Positions 42,949 through 51,308 of a DNA stretch of 52,295 bases are shown piece by piece. Below the pieces are notes generated by a model. That model ran no database searches and had not been told where the DNA came from. It saw only the letters and a list, made by a program, of their open reading frames with translations. Numbering within the stretch: the first letter of the stretch is position 1; each line of letters opens with the position of its first letter. Source of the stretch: a virus. Location: IMG/VR virus record IMGVR_UViG_3300003154_000003, positions 1 to 52,295 of that record. One strand, written 5' to 3'. The position numbers were made by a program, and so were the translations under genes.

Positions 42949-43268
42949 TGCACCTCTTTATATTCATAGTATTTCTTATTAAGAGTGTATATTAATTCTT
43001 CTATACATTTGCGGGTTTCTTTTCTTTGTTCCCGGGTCCTGCTGCAATCTAATAAATCTTTAGCGTGTCCGTGTATAAGTTCCGCGGCATTTAGAATTTG
43101 TTTATTAAATTCGATTTCTTTTTCCTCTTCATCTTCAACAATTGTATTATAATGTATATCACATCTTGCACACTTCAAAACGCCATTAACTCTTACAAAA
43201 TATTCATGTTTACATTTATCCGGGGTTGCATACTTAACCGGGCCTTCCATCCTATTTAATTCATTCAT
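42945..43268 (-). CDS. Zn-ribbon protein, 107 aa
   Basis: Track ORF containing CKHEYF...CARCDIHY. Confidence 0.5.
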   Translation of the reverse strand: MNELNRMEGPVKYATPDKCKHEYFVRVNGVLKCARCDIHYNTIVEDEEEKEIEFNKQILNAAELIHGHAKDLLDCSRTREQRKETRKCIEELIYTLNKKYYEYKEVQ

Positions 43269-43271
43269 CTT

Positions 43272-43451
43272 TTATTCCTCTCCCTCTTCTGCCTTTATCC
43301 ATATCTCTAATCCTCCCCGGTATATTATTGTTATTTCATTGTCGGACACATCAACGTCTACAACCCCGTCTAATAATTCTTTTAGCTGTGTAAATGTTAG
43401 AACACTTGCCCGGCTTCCGATGCTATCAAAACCATATCCTATTATTTTCAT
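43272..43451 (-). CDS. hypothetical protein, 59 aa
   Basis: Track ORF 43272-43460 (GTG start). I prefer the ATG at 43451 because of its spacing from GGGGG. Confidence 0.4.
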   Translation of the reverse strand: MKIIGYGFDSIGSRASVLTFTQLKELLDGVVDVDVSDNEITIIYRGGLEIWIKAEEGEE

Positions 43452-43452
43452 T

Positions 43453-43665
43453 TCATGCACCCCCGTATGTGTCCGGGTCTTGCTCCCGGCTACACTCTGT
43501 TAAAATTGTGTGGGTGCCGTCTTCGTAGTCAATTATAATAGTCCCCTGCAATCCGGTTTCTATTCCTTCGGCTCCCCGCATAAGTTGTCGGACATCTTCA
43601 ACCGTTAAAAACTTTACATTGTATTTAATGGTGCCGCCGGGTACGGTGGCATGTGTATATTTCAT
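43453..43665 (-). CDS. hypothetical protein, 70 aa
   Basis: Track ORF, trimmed to the ATG at 43665, which overlaps the upstream stop (ATGA). Confidence 0.4.
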   Translation of the reverse strand: MKYTHATVPGGTIKYNVKFLTVEDVRQLMRGAEGIETGLQGTIIIDYEDGTHTILTECSREQDPDTYGGA

Positions 43666-43952
43666 TTTAATCCCTCTATGAGTTCGGGTTTTATTTCCCA
43701 ATCTCCCCGGATAACTTCGGAAATATACACGACGCCGGGATATGTCCGGTTAATGAAATTTTCGTGCTTGTCTATTTTCGCCGCGTAATTATTATCTGAT
43801 ACGAGCACCTTATTTAAAACGGCTGTATCATAATTGCGGCTCTTTCTTTGTTTGGTTCCTGCCGCGAACTGCTTATATAATTTTTTAATCTCTTCCGCGG
43901 TCATCGTTTCGCCTTGCTTTGCAAGGTATAGTACAAACTTAAAGGTTCCCAT
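43662..43952 (-). CDS. hypothetical protein, 96 aa
   Basis: Track ORF, trimmed to the ATG at 43952 (MGTFKF), which is preceded by GGAGG. Confidence 0.45.
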   Translation of the reverse strand: MGTFKFVLYLAKQGETMTAEEIKKLYKQFAAGTKQRKSRNYDTAVLNKVLVSDNNYAAKIDKHENFINRTYPGVVYISEVIRGDWEIKPELIEGLK

Positions 43953-44341
43953 TTTATAGCCTCCGATTATTAGGCTGCCGGTTCCCCCGTTGCCGGGCTT
44001 GTCCCCCCGAACCGGCCAACCTATGATTAACAATAGGATTGATATAAATATAAAGTTATCGGGTGGTTTTACCCTGCCCGGAAAAAGTGGTATTGTATTC
44101 TTCCTCTATGCGCTTCATATACATAGCATGAGCCACGGCCCGCCATGTATCGGCTGTTGACAACTTTTCTTTATTAGTCGTTGTAATCATCCCTATAATC
44201 GTCTATCATTTCAGACATTAACCGGATGGCTTCACGTTCCCCAAAGTTGGCGAATAGCTGATTAAATAATATATCAGCATCTTCCAACGCCTCCGGGCTC
44301 ATTCCCTCAACCGAAAAATATTTACTTATTTCTGGCATGTG

Positions 44342-44560
44342 TCACACCTCGATAACGGGCGGTTCCCAATAGGTCACATACGGCCTGTTTATCCTGACAT
44401 AAAGCGGAATTAGATTATTATTAAAACTGTCCCAATTGCAAATATCCCATATAGAACTTGTACGGTCCGACCATACACAAATCGCCGCCACCCCTTCAAT
44501 TCTATAATGCTGTTCAATAATTTTTTCTGCTTCATTTGATTTGATAGTTTTCTTTGTCAT
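44342..44560 (-). CDS. hypothetical protein, 72 aa
   Basis: Track ORF preceded by GGAGGCAAAG. It lies downstream of element B2 and a structured leader. Confidence 0.5.
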   Translation of the reverse strand: MTKKTIKSNEAEKIIEQHYRIEGVAAICVWSDRTSSIWDICNWDSFNNNLIPLYVRINRPYVTYWEPPVIEV

Positions 44561-44583
44561 ACTGCTTTGCCTCCGTTTATTAT

Positions 44584-44653
44584 AGGAAAGGATTAATCAG
44601 CTATCCCCCCGCCGCCTGTAATGGTTCCGGTCGGGGTGCCTTTATCCTTTCCT
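44584..44653 (-). promoter_or_regulatory. Structured 5-prime leader (nested stem-loop) between promoter-like element B2 and the 44342-44560 gene
   Basis: The outer 10-bp stem pairs aggaaaggat (44584-44593) with atcctttcct (44644-44653). An inner GC-rich stem pairs ccccccgccg (44605-44614) with ccggtcgggg (44627-44636), with one bulge. This insert is absent from the otherwise parallel B1 leader. Confidence 0.35.
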
Positions 44654-44686
44654 TAGTTAGTAGTATGTACTCAATCATATAAATAG
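44651..44686 (-). promoter_or_regulatory. Promoter-like element B, copy 2
   Basis: The minus strand reads CTATTTATA-N7-GTACATACTACTAACTAAG. The layout and spacing match 7751-7784. Confidence 0.5.
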
Positions 44687-44902
44687 GTGTTGGTCATTGG
44701 GTGCATTGATTGTTACCCCTTCAATTTTCACACCCGGCGAACCCGGTTTATTAGCCGCCCTTATTAATTCTTCCGCAATTCTTAACATCCGAGTCCGTAG
44801 GGCCCTATCTGAAATGTCCGCATTTACACCCTGCAATAGCTGTATAGAGTACTCAATACACTCTTCTTTCAATGTCTTTACACTGTCATGCATTACTTTC
44901 AC
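44675..44902 (-). CDS. hypothetical protein, 75 aa
   Basis: Track ORF; its stop lies inside the TATA-like box of element B2. Confidence 0.45.
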   Translation of the reverse strand: MKVMHDSVKTLKEECIEYSIQLLQGVNADISDRALRTRMLRIAEELIRAANKPGSPGVKIEGVTINAPNDQHLFI

Positions 44903-45037
44903 CCCCGCTTATTTTTCTTATGCCTCGGTGACCGACTGCGTTTTTTATCTTTTTCGCGGTCTATCTCATCTGTTAAATACTGCCAAAATGACTTTTTCGA
45001 CCTCTTAAACTTTGTCCACTCGTCCATGTGTACCCCC

Positions 45038-45436
45038 TTAATCCATGTCTACATAAAACCGTGGCAAGTGTCCGGCTTTTACTCTTTTCTTATTTGGTTT
45101 CCGGGCTTCGAACTTCCTAAACTCCTTAAAGGATGCTTTGCCAACAATTTTAACAGCATAACATTCATACTTTCTGACAAATTCCCGGGTATGGTCGCAG
45201 TTTGTAGAGGCTATAATAATGTCGCCTTCGTGGTAATCGTGCCCTATGTGAAAATGTGCGGCACCACATAGCGGGCACTCTTTTATTACTAAGTCGTTCG
45301 GGCCTAGCATATAGCCATCAACAAGCGGCAACGATACCGTATTTTTGCAATCGGTTAACTCCGCATTTGTTATAACGCGCTCGGTGTCCTGTTCTTCTAA
45401 GGTTTTTTCATCGCCATCAATTTTTATGTTTAGCAT
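45038..45436 (-). CDS. hypothetical Cys/His-containing protein, 132 aa
   Basis: Track ORF containing CPLCGAAHFHIGHDYH...CDH. Confidence 0.5.
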   Translation of the reverse strand: MLNIKIDGDEKTLEEQDTERVITNAELTDCKNTVSLPLVDGYMLGPNDLVIKECPLCGAAHFHIGHDYHEGDIIIASTNCDHTREFVRKYECYAVKIVGKASFKEFRKFEARKPNKKRVKAGHLPRFYVDMD

Positions 45437-45643
45437 TTAGTCACTTCCAAAACATTTTAAATCTCTATCATATTTGTGTTTGTCCACGATATGCACCCGA
45501 CACACTGGTTTTATTTCCAAATCGATTAATAGTTCCTGTTCCCCGGGTATAGTTAGTTTCAATTGTTTTATATCCATACCTGCCGTATTAACTGAAACGG
45601 TGGGCGCCGTATCGCCTATAAATTCCACTTTCAAAACCTGCAT
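45437..45643 (-). CDS. hypothetical protein, 68 aa
   Basis: Track ORF; abuts the next gene. Confidence 0.45.
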   Translation of the reverse strand: MQVLKVEFIGDTAPTVSVNTAGMDIKQLKLTIPGEQELLIDLEIKPVCRVHIVDKHKYDRDLKCFGSD

Positions 45644-45652
45644 ATATTCACC

Positions 45653-46204
45653 TCATGATATTATTATTTCATGGATTTTTATTAATTTTTCGGCGGGCAA
45701 TACACTAAAATTACAGCCTAAAATAATGTGTAAAGCCTTTTCCCGGTCTTGCTGTTGTTTTAAAATTTGTTTGGCTTCATCGGTGGCTGGCTCGAGCCAT
45801 GCAGTTAAACGGCCCCGGTGTACGCTCGTACCGTCGGGGTAGAACATTTCAAGATTATTTTTAACCTTTATCTTTCCTGCCGGTGTGACCCGGACAACAT
45901 AAGTTAGGGTTTTCTTACCATTTGAAAGCGCTATTATAACGTCGTCATCTTCTTTTAATTCGGTTAACCATTTATCAGAAATACAGCTTGCCGGATTTTT
46001 GGGCCGGTAAATATCCACTATTCTATATGCCGAACGAACCGACCCAACCGGGCGACCATTCATATAAAAATCTTTTTTAATCCGGTCCAATTTTACCACA
46101 CCGTCCGATATGCTTATTATACGGTCGGTTACAGTCCCGGTAGTCGTTCGCACATAAACCAAGTCATCGACTTTAAATTTAAAATTCTCAATCTTCGTTC
46201 CCAT
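45653..46204 (-). CDS. hypothetical protein, about 183 aa
   Basis: Track ORF 45653-46231, trimmed to the ATG at 46204, which is preceded by GGTGGGG. Confidence 0.5.
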   Translation of the reverse strand: MGTKIENFKFKVDDLVYVRTTTGTVTDRIISISDGVVKLDRIKKDFYMNGRPVGSVRSAYRIVDIYRPKNPASCISDKWLTELKEDDDVIIALSNGKKTLTYVVRVTPAGKIKVKNNLEMFYPDGTSVHRGRLTAWLEPATDEAKQILKQQQDREKALHIILGCNFSVLPAEKLIKIHEIIIS

Positions 46205-46451
46205 TATTACCCCACCAATACGGCCGGGCATACATTATAGGCTTACCGCCACATATTACGAAAACCTTTTTTTCGGCTCTGTTGCCCGGCTCTAAGATAT
46301 AGTCATATGTCGTTAATGCTGCATAACTTCCGGGCGGCAGATTGTGTTTAAGTCCGTCGTCCTCGGTTGCCACAATTACCTCTATATCTGCATTCCGTGG
46401 GTCCTCCTTGATAAAAGCATTAATTTGTTTCATAAGGTCCTTAAGCAACAT
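46188..46451 (-). CDS. hypothetical protein, 87 aa
   Basis: Track ORF on the coding strand. Confidence 0.45.
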   Translation of the reverse strand: MLLKDLMKQINAFIKEDPRNADIEVIVATEDDGLKHNLPPGSYAALTTYDYILEPGNRAEKKVFVICGGKPIMYARPYWWGNNGNED

Positions 46452-46583
46452 CCATATATTCCCCCGCCTGTTCTTTGATTAGCATGTGCTCGAGCCGGGC
46501 CTTTGAAGTTCCGGCGCGGGCCATAATATGAAGTGAGGTCAACTGTTCCATAAATCTAAGTTCTTTCATATCGTCCGCGAAAT

Positions 46584-46847
46584 TCATATAAAACCCATCT
46601 CCTTAAGCTGCTTAAACACGGTGACACATTGACGGACTTCATAGTTATAAAGTATAAGGTCCGCGTTCTCTTGTAGCTGCTTGTTGACGGGCTGCCATGC
46701 TCCGCCCCACTTCAAAAGTGACAGATAGTTAACGGCATATTGTGTTATATCGGTTACGTCTTCTTTTATCATCCCGTGTGTGAATTGGTCGGCCTCGGTG
46801 TTATTCAGGTCGGCCCAGACTGCAATCTTCTTTGACATCTTCGCCAC
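46584..46847 (-). CDS. hypothetical protein, 87 aa (GTG start)
   Basis: Track ORF; the start codon reads GTG in the sequence. Confidence 0.45.
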   Translation of the reverse strand: MAKMSKKIAVWADLNNTEADQFTHGMIKEDVTDITQYAVNYLSLLKWGGAWQPVNKQLQENADLILYNYEVRQCVTVFKQLKEMGFI

Positions 46848-46850
46848 CCC

Positions 46851-46991
46851 TTACATTTTCTTATAACATCGCTTATGTGCATATGTATCATTCAGTTCCG
46901 GTATTGAACGGCTTGTTATATGTATTGCCGTTGCTGGCCGGGCCTTCTTTCCACAATGCACGCATACAACAGTTTCATGTTTGTTCGTCAT
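46851..46991 (-). CDS. small Zn-ribbon-like protein, 46 aa
   Basis: My own translation gives MTNKHETVVCVHCGKKARPATAIHITSRSIPELNDTYAHKRCYKKM. GGGGG lies upstream of the ATG. It is the first ORF after the 46994-47209 intergenic region. Confidence 0.35.
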   Translation of the reverse strand: MTNKHETVVCVHCGKKARPATAIHITSRSIPELNDTYAHKRCYKKM

Positions 46992-47164
46992 TCTTTACGC
47001 CCCCATTGGTTAGTTTACATTATGTACATGTAAGTATATAAGCTTATCTAAATATATAAAACTTATCCTGCCCGAAACATTTATAAGTTCCAAAGTATTA
47101 TTATAACTTGTTACGGGTTGGCAATCTCGCCCGTGACTGCCTCCATATTGGCGAGTCACTACAA

Positions 47165-47200
47165 CACCACCCCAAGACTTTTTTAAAAAAGTGGCTCGCC
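47165..47200. terminator. Palindromic T6/A6 tract with a degenerate, inverted fragment of element A (probable terminator after 47210-47443)
   Basis: acttttttaaaaaagt is a perfect 16-bp palindrome and gives a T6 run on either strand. The flanks caccaccc and ttaaaaaagtggct match the two ends of element A in the opposite orientation, without the TATA octamer. Confidence 0.35.
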
Positions 47201-47209
47201 GGAAATCTC

Positions 47210-47443
47210 TTAAGACTTCGGCGAATAAACAATTTTCCAGTATTGGGTGTTGCTTGAATCCACGCCCTCGGACGCTATATAACCGCAGTCAATAGCAAGC
47301 ATAAAAGCACTTTTGTTATCCAGATGCTCCGTTTTAAGGTCGCTATACTTCCATACTTTATCTTTGAATTTCGGAAGTAACTGATTTAACCATATCGCAA
47401 CCTTACCCCGGGGCCGCCTATACATCGCTGTCCTTTTCGACAT
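47210..47443 (-). CDS. hypothetical basic protein, 77 aa
   Basis: Track ORF on the coding strand. Confidence 0.45.
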   Translation of the reverse strand: MSKRTAMYRRPRGKVAIWLNQLLPKFKDKVWKYSDLKTEHLDNKSAFMLAIDCGYIASEGVDSSNTQYWKIVYSPKS

Positions 47444-47606
47444 TTAAGCACTCCAAGCCTTTTATTACGGTGCCTATTACCGGGAAATCATAGCCGATAT
47501 CGGCCGCGAGCCTAAGAGCCCCCTTTAATCGCTCTACGTCCCGTTGGTCATCGAAAACAATATCAATTTCATTGCGGTTGTTCTCATCTATTTTTACCAA
47601 GTACAT
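47418..47606 (-). CDS. hypothetical protein, 62 aa
   Basis: Track ORF on the coding strand. Confidence 0.4.
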   Translation of the reverse strand: MYLVKIDENNRNEIDIVFDDQRDVERLKGALRLAADIGYDFPVIGTVIKGLECLNVEKDSDV

Positions 47607-47609
47607 TTA

Positions 47610-47810
47610 TTACCCTCCGAACACTGCCACGGACCCGGCAAATAATAGCACCGTGATTATAAGCAAGCCGAACGCAAGCAGCCCGGGCAAACCCCTTTGC
47701 CTGTCCTGCTTCTTTGTCTGTACCGCTGCCGCCTCAATGAGCAGTAGATAAAACGAATAAAACAACAGCATAGTATAAAGATATGTAACCGGAATAAAAA
47801 CATCGGTCAT
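47610..47810 (-). CDS. small membrane protein, 66 aa, 2 TM helices
   Basis: Track ORF with YLYTMLLFYSFYLLLIEAAAV and GLLAFGLLIITVLLFAGSVAVF. Confidence 0.45.
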   Translation of the reverse strand: MTDVFIPVTYLYTMLLFYSFYLLLIEAAAVQTKKQDRQRGLPGLLAFGLLIITVLLFAGSVAVFGG

Positions 47811-48028
47811 TCTTCGCTTTCCTCCTTTTCAATCCACGGCCCGTTATCATCTTCCCCGTCGTGGTATCCCTCGGAATATCCAATTAACCGGCCAGCGTTC
47901 CACACACTTAAAATTGTTAAGAATTGTTTGTGGTCCAATTCATGCCAACCAATTATAGGATATTTGTGTTTTTCCAAAGCCTCATTAATTTCTCGTTTTA
48001 GTTCATCATCGTGTTTCTGAATGCTCAT
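47807..48028 (-). CDS. hypothetical acidic protein, 73 aa
   Basis: Track ORF 47807-48079, trimmed to the ATG at 48028 (MSIQKHDD), which is preceded by AGGGGA. Confidence 0.45.
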   Translation of the reverse strand: MSIQKHDDELKREINEALEKHKYPIIGWHELDHKQFLTILSVWNAGRLIGYSEGYHDGEDDNGPWIEKEESEE

Positions 48029-48188
48029 AGTTTCCCCTTTCCATTCTGCAACCATGCAGTATATGCGTCTTCTATGCAATGTTCTAAGTCGTGTACTTCG
48101 TTAAGGTTGTCGCAATTCTCAATTATTGCAATGGTTATATTATAACCGTCGGGCTGTGCTGTGGTTGTCCTAAAACCTATTCCCATGT

Positions 48189-48638
48189 TCACACCTTCCA
48201 CCGTTTCGCTATCGGCCCCTTATCCCATGTTACCACAGTAACCGGGGTAAAACACCACTCTTCACCGTAGTTTGTCATATACCAATCGTCGGCATTTTCA
48301 AACCCCTTAAAGCCGTCTTCCTGCGCCCATTTGTTCCGCTCTTCCGGGGTGCTGTGCAAAAGGTCCACATGCTCAATTTTTGTAATGGTGGTATTTCCGA
48401 ACACATTAGTATATCTTTTACATTGAGATACCCGGTCCGGTGGATTATCGCATTTTGTTAGGCACTCTTCGCATAAATTTATTCGCCCGTGCGAAACTTT
48501 ATAAATAATATGCAGTTCATCCCCGACCTTAAGCCCCCGGCCCCTATGGCCAATTATGGTCATTCGGTTTGTCCTGCCGGACTTGATGCTTTCCACATGT
48601 CTTTTATCAACTACTTTTAACTGTCCCGTTATCATCAC
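48189..48638 (-). CDS. ASCH/PUA-like domain protein, 149 aa
   Basis: Track ORF. HVESIKSGRTNRMTIIG...LKVGDELHIIY resembles the ASCH N-terminal pattern. The assignment is weak. Confidence 0.35.
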   Translation of the reverse strand: MMITGQLKVVDKRHVESIKSGRTNRMTIIGHRGRGLKVGDELHIIYKVSHGRINLCEECLTKCDNPPDRVSQCKRYTNVFGNTTITKIEHVDLLHSTPEERNKWAQEDGFKGFENADDWYMTNYGEEWCFTPVTVVTWDKGPIAKRWKV

Positions 48639-48813
48639 ATCCTATGCTATTTTCTTTGTTCAAACGTTCGTATTCTGCTAAAAGTTCTTCCATTTCGCAG
48701 TGTAAAATAAACCGCTTGTCCTGCAATTCCTTAATAGTTTTATCAATTTTGTCTATGCGGTCGGCTCGTAGTCGTATCTTTTGCCATAAGTCGGCCCCCG
48801 TATCGCCTCGCAT
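48607..48813 (-). CDS. hypothetical coiled-coil protein, 68 aa
   Basis: Track ORF on the coding strand. Confidence 0.4.
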   Translation of the reverse strand: MRGDTGADLWQKIRLRADRIDKIDKTIKELQDKRFILHCEMEELLAEYERLNKENSIGCDDNGTVKSS

Positions 48814-48908
48814 TTTCTGCCTCCTAAAATGGGATTAAAAAACAATCCCAACGATTACATAAGATATCAGCATCAAAAGTATATATAAATATCCCTTCGT
48901 GGCTTCTT

Positions 48909-49157
48909 TCAATCAAACACCCCGTCAAAAATAGTTTCTATTATTGCAAAGGTTATTAATATAACCAATCCCAATGCAGCAAGGCATAAATGGAACACTA
49001 TAAAAACAGCATACCAAAACACATAAAAAATGTTTAGTATCAAGCGGAGCACACCGTAAACATTATGTCTAAAATCCTCGTTCGGTTCGTACCTGTGCGC
49101 ATTACGCATAAGCCATTCATAAAATCTTTCTATTGTATTCATACGTCGCCCTCCCAA
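48909..49157 (-). CDS. small membrane protein, 82 aa
   Basis: Track ORF with ILNIFYVFWYAVFIVFHLCLAALGLVILITFAII. Confidence 0.45.
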   Translation of the reverse strand: MGGRRMNTIERFYEWLMRNAHRYEPNEDFRHNVYGVLRLILNIFYVFWYAVFIVFHLCLAALGLVILITFAIIETIFDGVFD

Positions 49158-49414
49158 CCTATCGGGCCCTTGCCCTTTAATACGGGCGTAAAGTCCGGCT
49201 CTTCTTTGATGGAGATAAGCGCCCCCTCTACTGCATCCATTACCGCTGTATATTCGTCAACTTCTTTTTCAAGTTCGTTTAAATAGCGTTCCGGGTCAAT
49301 GTCGCAGAGATGGCAACCTACCCGGCCACAAATCGGCTGAAAAGCTTCACACCGCCGCACCTTGTATTTAAGGGTTTCTTCTATGCTCATATTTAAAAGC
49401 CCCCCGGTCTTCAA
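49139..49414 (-). CDS. hypothetical Cys-containing protein, 91 aa
   Basis: Track ORF on the coding strand. Confidence 0.4.
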   Translation of the reverse strand: MKTGGLLNMSIEETLKYKVRRCEAFQPICGRVGCHLCDIDPERYLNELEKEVDEYTAVMDAVEGALISIKEEPDFTPVLKGKGPIGWEGDV

Positions 49415-49670
49415 GCATCCGGGTTATAATATGTTTTGCGAGTGCTTCCTTTTCGTCCATCTCGCCCATGCGGTCTACATAAATCCTTATCAATATCTTT
49501 GTAATCTGTGTGGGGTTTTGTAGATATTCCCACAAATCGTTCATAAAGAACAGATACGAATACGAATCATTTTTAAACTCGTTGTATATGCCCATCCACT
49601 GTTCGAGCGTCTTAAACATCTCACATTTTTTCATGTGTAGTACTATAAAATCATGCGGTTCTGCCGTCAT
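49368..49670 (-). CDS. hypothetical protein, 100 aa
   Basis: Track ORF on the coding strand. Confidence 0.45.
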   Translation of the reverse strand: MTAEPHDFIVLHMKKCEMFKTLEQWMGIYNEFKNDSYSYLFFMNDLWEYLQNPTQITKILIRIYVDRMGEMDEKEALAKHIITRMLEDRGAFKYEHRRNP

Positions 49671-50099
49671 TTCCTGCGCCTCCCTGATTACTTAATTACA
49701 AACCTAATAGCCCACAAAAAAGCCCCTACTGCAAATATCATATATAAAATATAAAATACCTGCATCCACGCGGGAATCGGGCCGGGCACCTCAATATTAT
49801 TATTTATAAGTGTTGGTGGTATCGGTATCACTTCCCGCGCCTCCGTTCGTCGTGCCTTTTCAGATTAAGGTTTATGGAATCGTCCCACGGGTCCGCGGGT
49901 TTCCTTCGCTTATTATCCGAATGTGTACGCGGGCCCCCTTCGTCCTTAGTCGGTTTCAATTTACCACACCCTATATAAAGCCAGTATTTCAAGTGATGTT
50001 ATACCTCTTAAGGTACGTGTATCATAAAACAAAACCGGCTTTAATTCATCGCTGTTATAATCTACCATCTCGGGTTTATATACATATCCCCGGGGCACA

Positions 50100-50330
50100 C
50101 TATCCCAACCTGTTTACAAAGTCTCTTATCTCACGCTCTGCCGCAACATTGGCAATAAAAAATAAAACCGCCGATACCTCCGCACCATATGGAGGTATTA
50201 AAGAATTTAAAAAGCGCTGTTTTGCTTCCGGCAAGGTTTCTATGAATGCCAATATCTCTTTAGCATCTGCGGTTATGACTATCTCGGTGTCTATGTCCCG
50301 CGGGTCATAAGTTGTTACTAATTCAATCAT
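50100..50330 (-). CDS. hypothetical protein, 76 aa
   Basis: Track ORF on the coding strand. Confidence 0.45.
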   Translation of the reverse strand: MIELVTTYDPRDIDTEIVITADAKEILAFIETLPEAKQRFLNSLIPPYGAEVSAVLFFIANVAAEREIRDFVNRLG

Positions 50331-50577
50331 CGAAACCCCCCGCTAATACTATCCGGTAAAATAGCCACACCGGGAAATATAGGAGCATCAAGCCCAAACG
50401 CACGAACATTAATATTATATCCTGCATGATAAAATACAGCAGAAACATATTAAATACAATCCTCTTAAATCCACGTATTCGGTGCTTATATATGTAAGCA
50501 TAAACATCCGGTGCCGTTAAAGCATCCTCAAAGAATTTATCTATTCCTTTTTGCATCTTTTTAAATATGTCCTTCAT
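50323..50577 (-). CDS. small membrane protein, 84 aa
   Basis: Track ORF with IVFNMFLLYFIMQDIILMFVRLGLMLLYFPVWLFY. Confidence 0.45.
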   Translation of the reverse strand: MKDIFKKMQKGIDKFFEDALTAPDVYAYIYKHRIRGFKRIVFNMFLLYFIMQDIILMFVRLGLMLLYFPVWLFYRIVLAGGFDD

Positions 50578-50841
50578 TGTCCGGCCTCCGTATATTGTAC
50601 TTGCTTAATAATACGGCCTTGTGTACCGTATAAACCCCACCGTCCGGCACGAATCCAATCCGCGCTTAACTTCGTCCTTCATTTTCTAGGTCTCTCCCTG
50701 TCTGCTTTACGTTTAGCCTTCTTGCGTGCGAATATTTCAAGCACCTTTATATACTCGTCTACTTCATGGAATGCCTCAGCCATCAATTCGTCTTTCGATG
50801 CATCCATTTTATTCTTTAAGAAATCCCTTACAGTTTCAGAC

Positions 50842-51255
50842 TCAATTTGCAAGTTTACCCTCTCTTACAAGTTTCTTATATTTAATAATTAAATATTCAC
50901 TTTCGCCCGTTAGCATCCTTAATTCTTTATAGGTTGCTCCCGGGCATTCCTTAGGGGCCTTACCTATCCGGTCAAATGCCTTCATACTATCGGCCCGCAC
51001 ATACTCAATATGTTTCTTTTTATTCGGATAAAACCGACCATAACAATTTAGCAGTTCCCGGGCTTCCTCCACGGTCTCCGGCTTAAAGGTATGTCTTATA
51101 ATTATTTCCCGCTCGGGTGGGTGCTGGCATTCATTGCCACAATGCATACAAACATACTTACGCACTCGCGGCCAACCGATAAGTTGAACCGTCCCGCACA
51201 CCCCGCAATACTTAACCCTCCGCGTTTCCGGCTTTATCCTATAACCCCCACACAT
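50842..51255 (-). CDS. double Zn-ribbon protein, 137 aa
   Basis: Track ORF containing CGVCG...CMHCGNEC. It is the first gene after the primpol domain. Confidence 0.5.
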   Translation of the reverse strand: MCGGYRIKPETRRVKYCGVCGTVQLIGWPRVRKYVCMHCGNECQHPPEREIIIRHTFKPETVEEARELLNCYGRFYPNKKKHIEYVRADSMKAFDRIGKAPKECPGATYKELRMLTGESEYLIIKYKKLVREGKLAN

Positions 51256-51308
51256 TATATAATTCTAATGGTTTATATACCTTCGCATTCTCAATAATTT
51301 GGACCGCG

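Noticed and set aside
47100-47165. The segment cgggttggcaatctcgcccgtgactgcctccatattggcgagtcac, checked as a possible tRNA or tRNA fragment (att site).
   Set aside because: There is no cloverleaf, no conserved T-loop or D-loop motifs, and no acceptor-stem pairing. It folds only as a simple hairpin.
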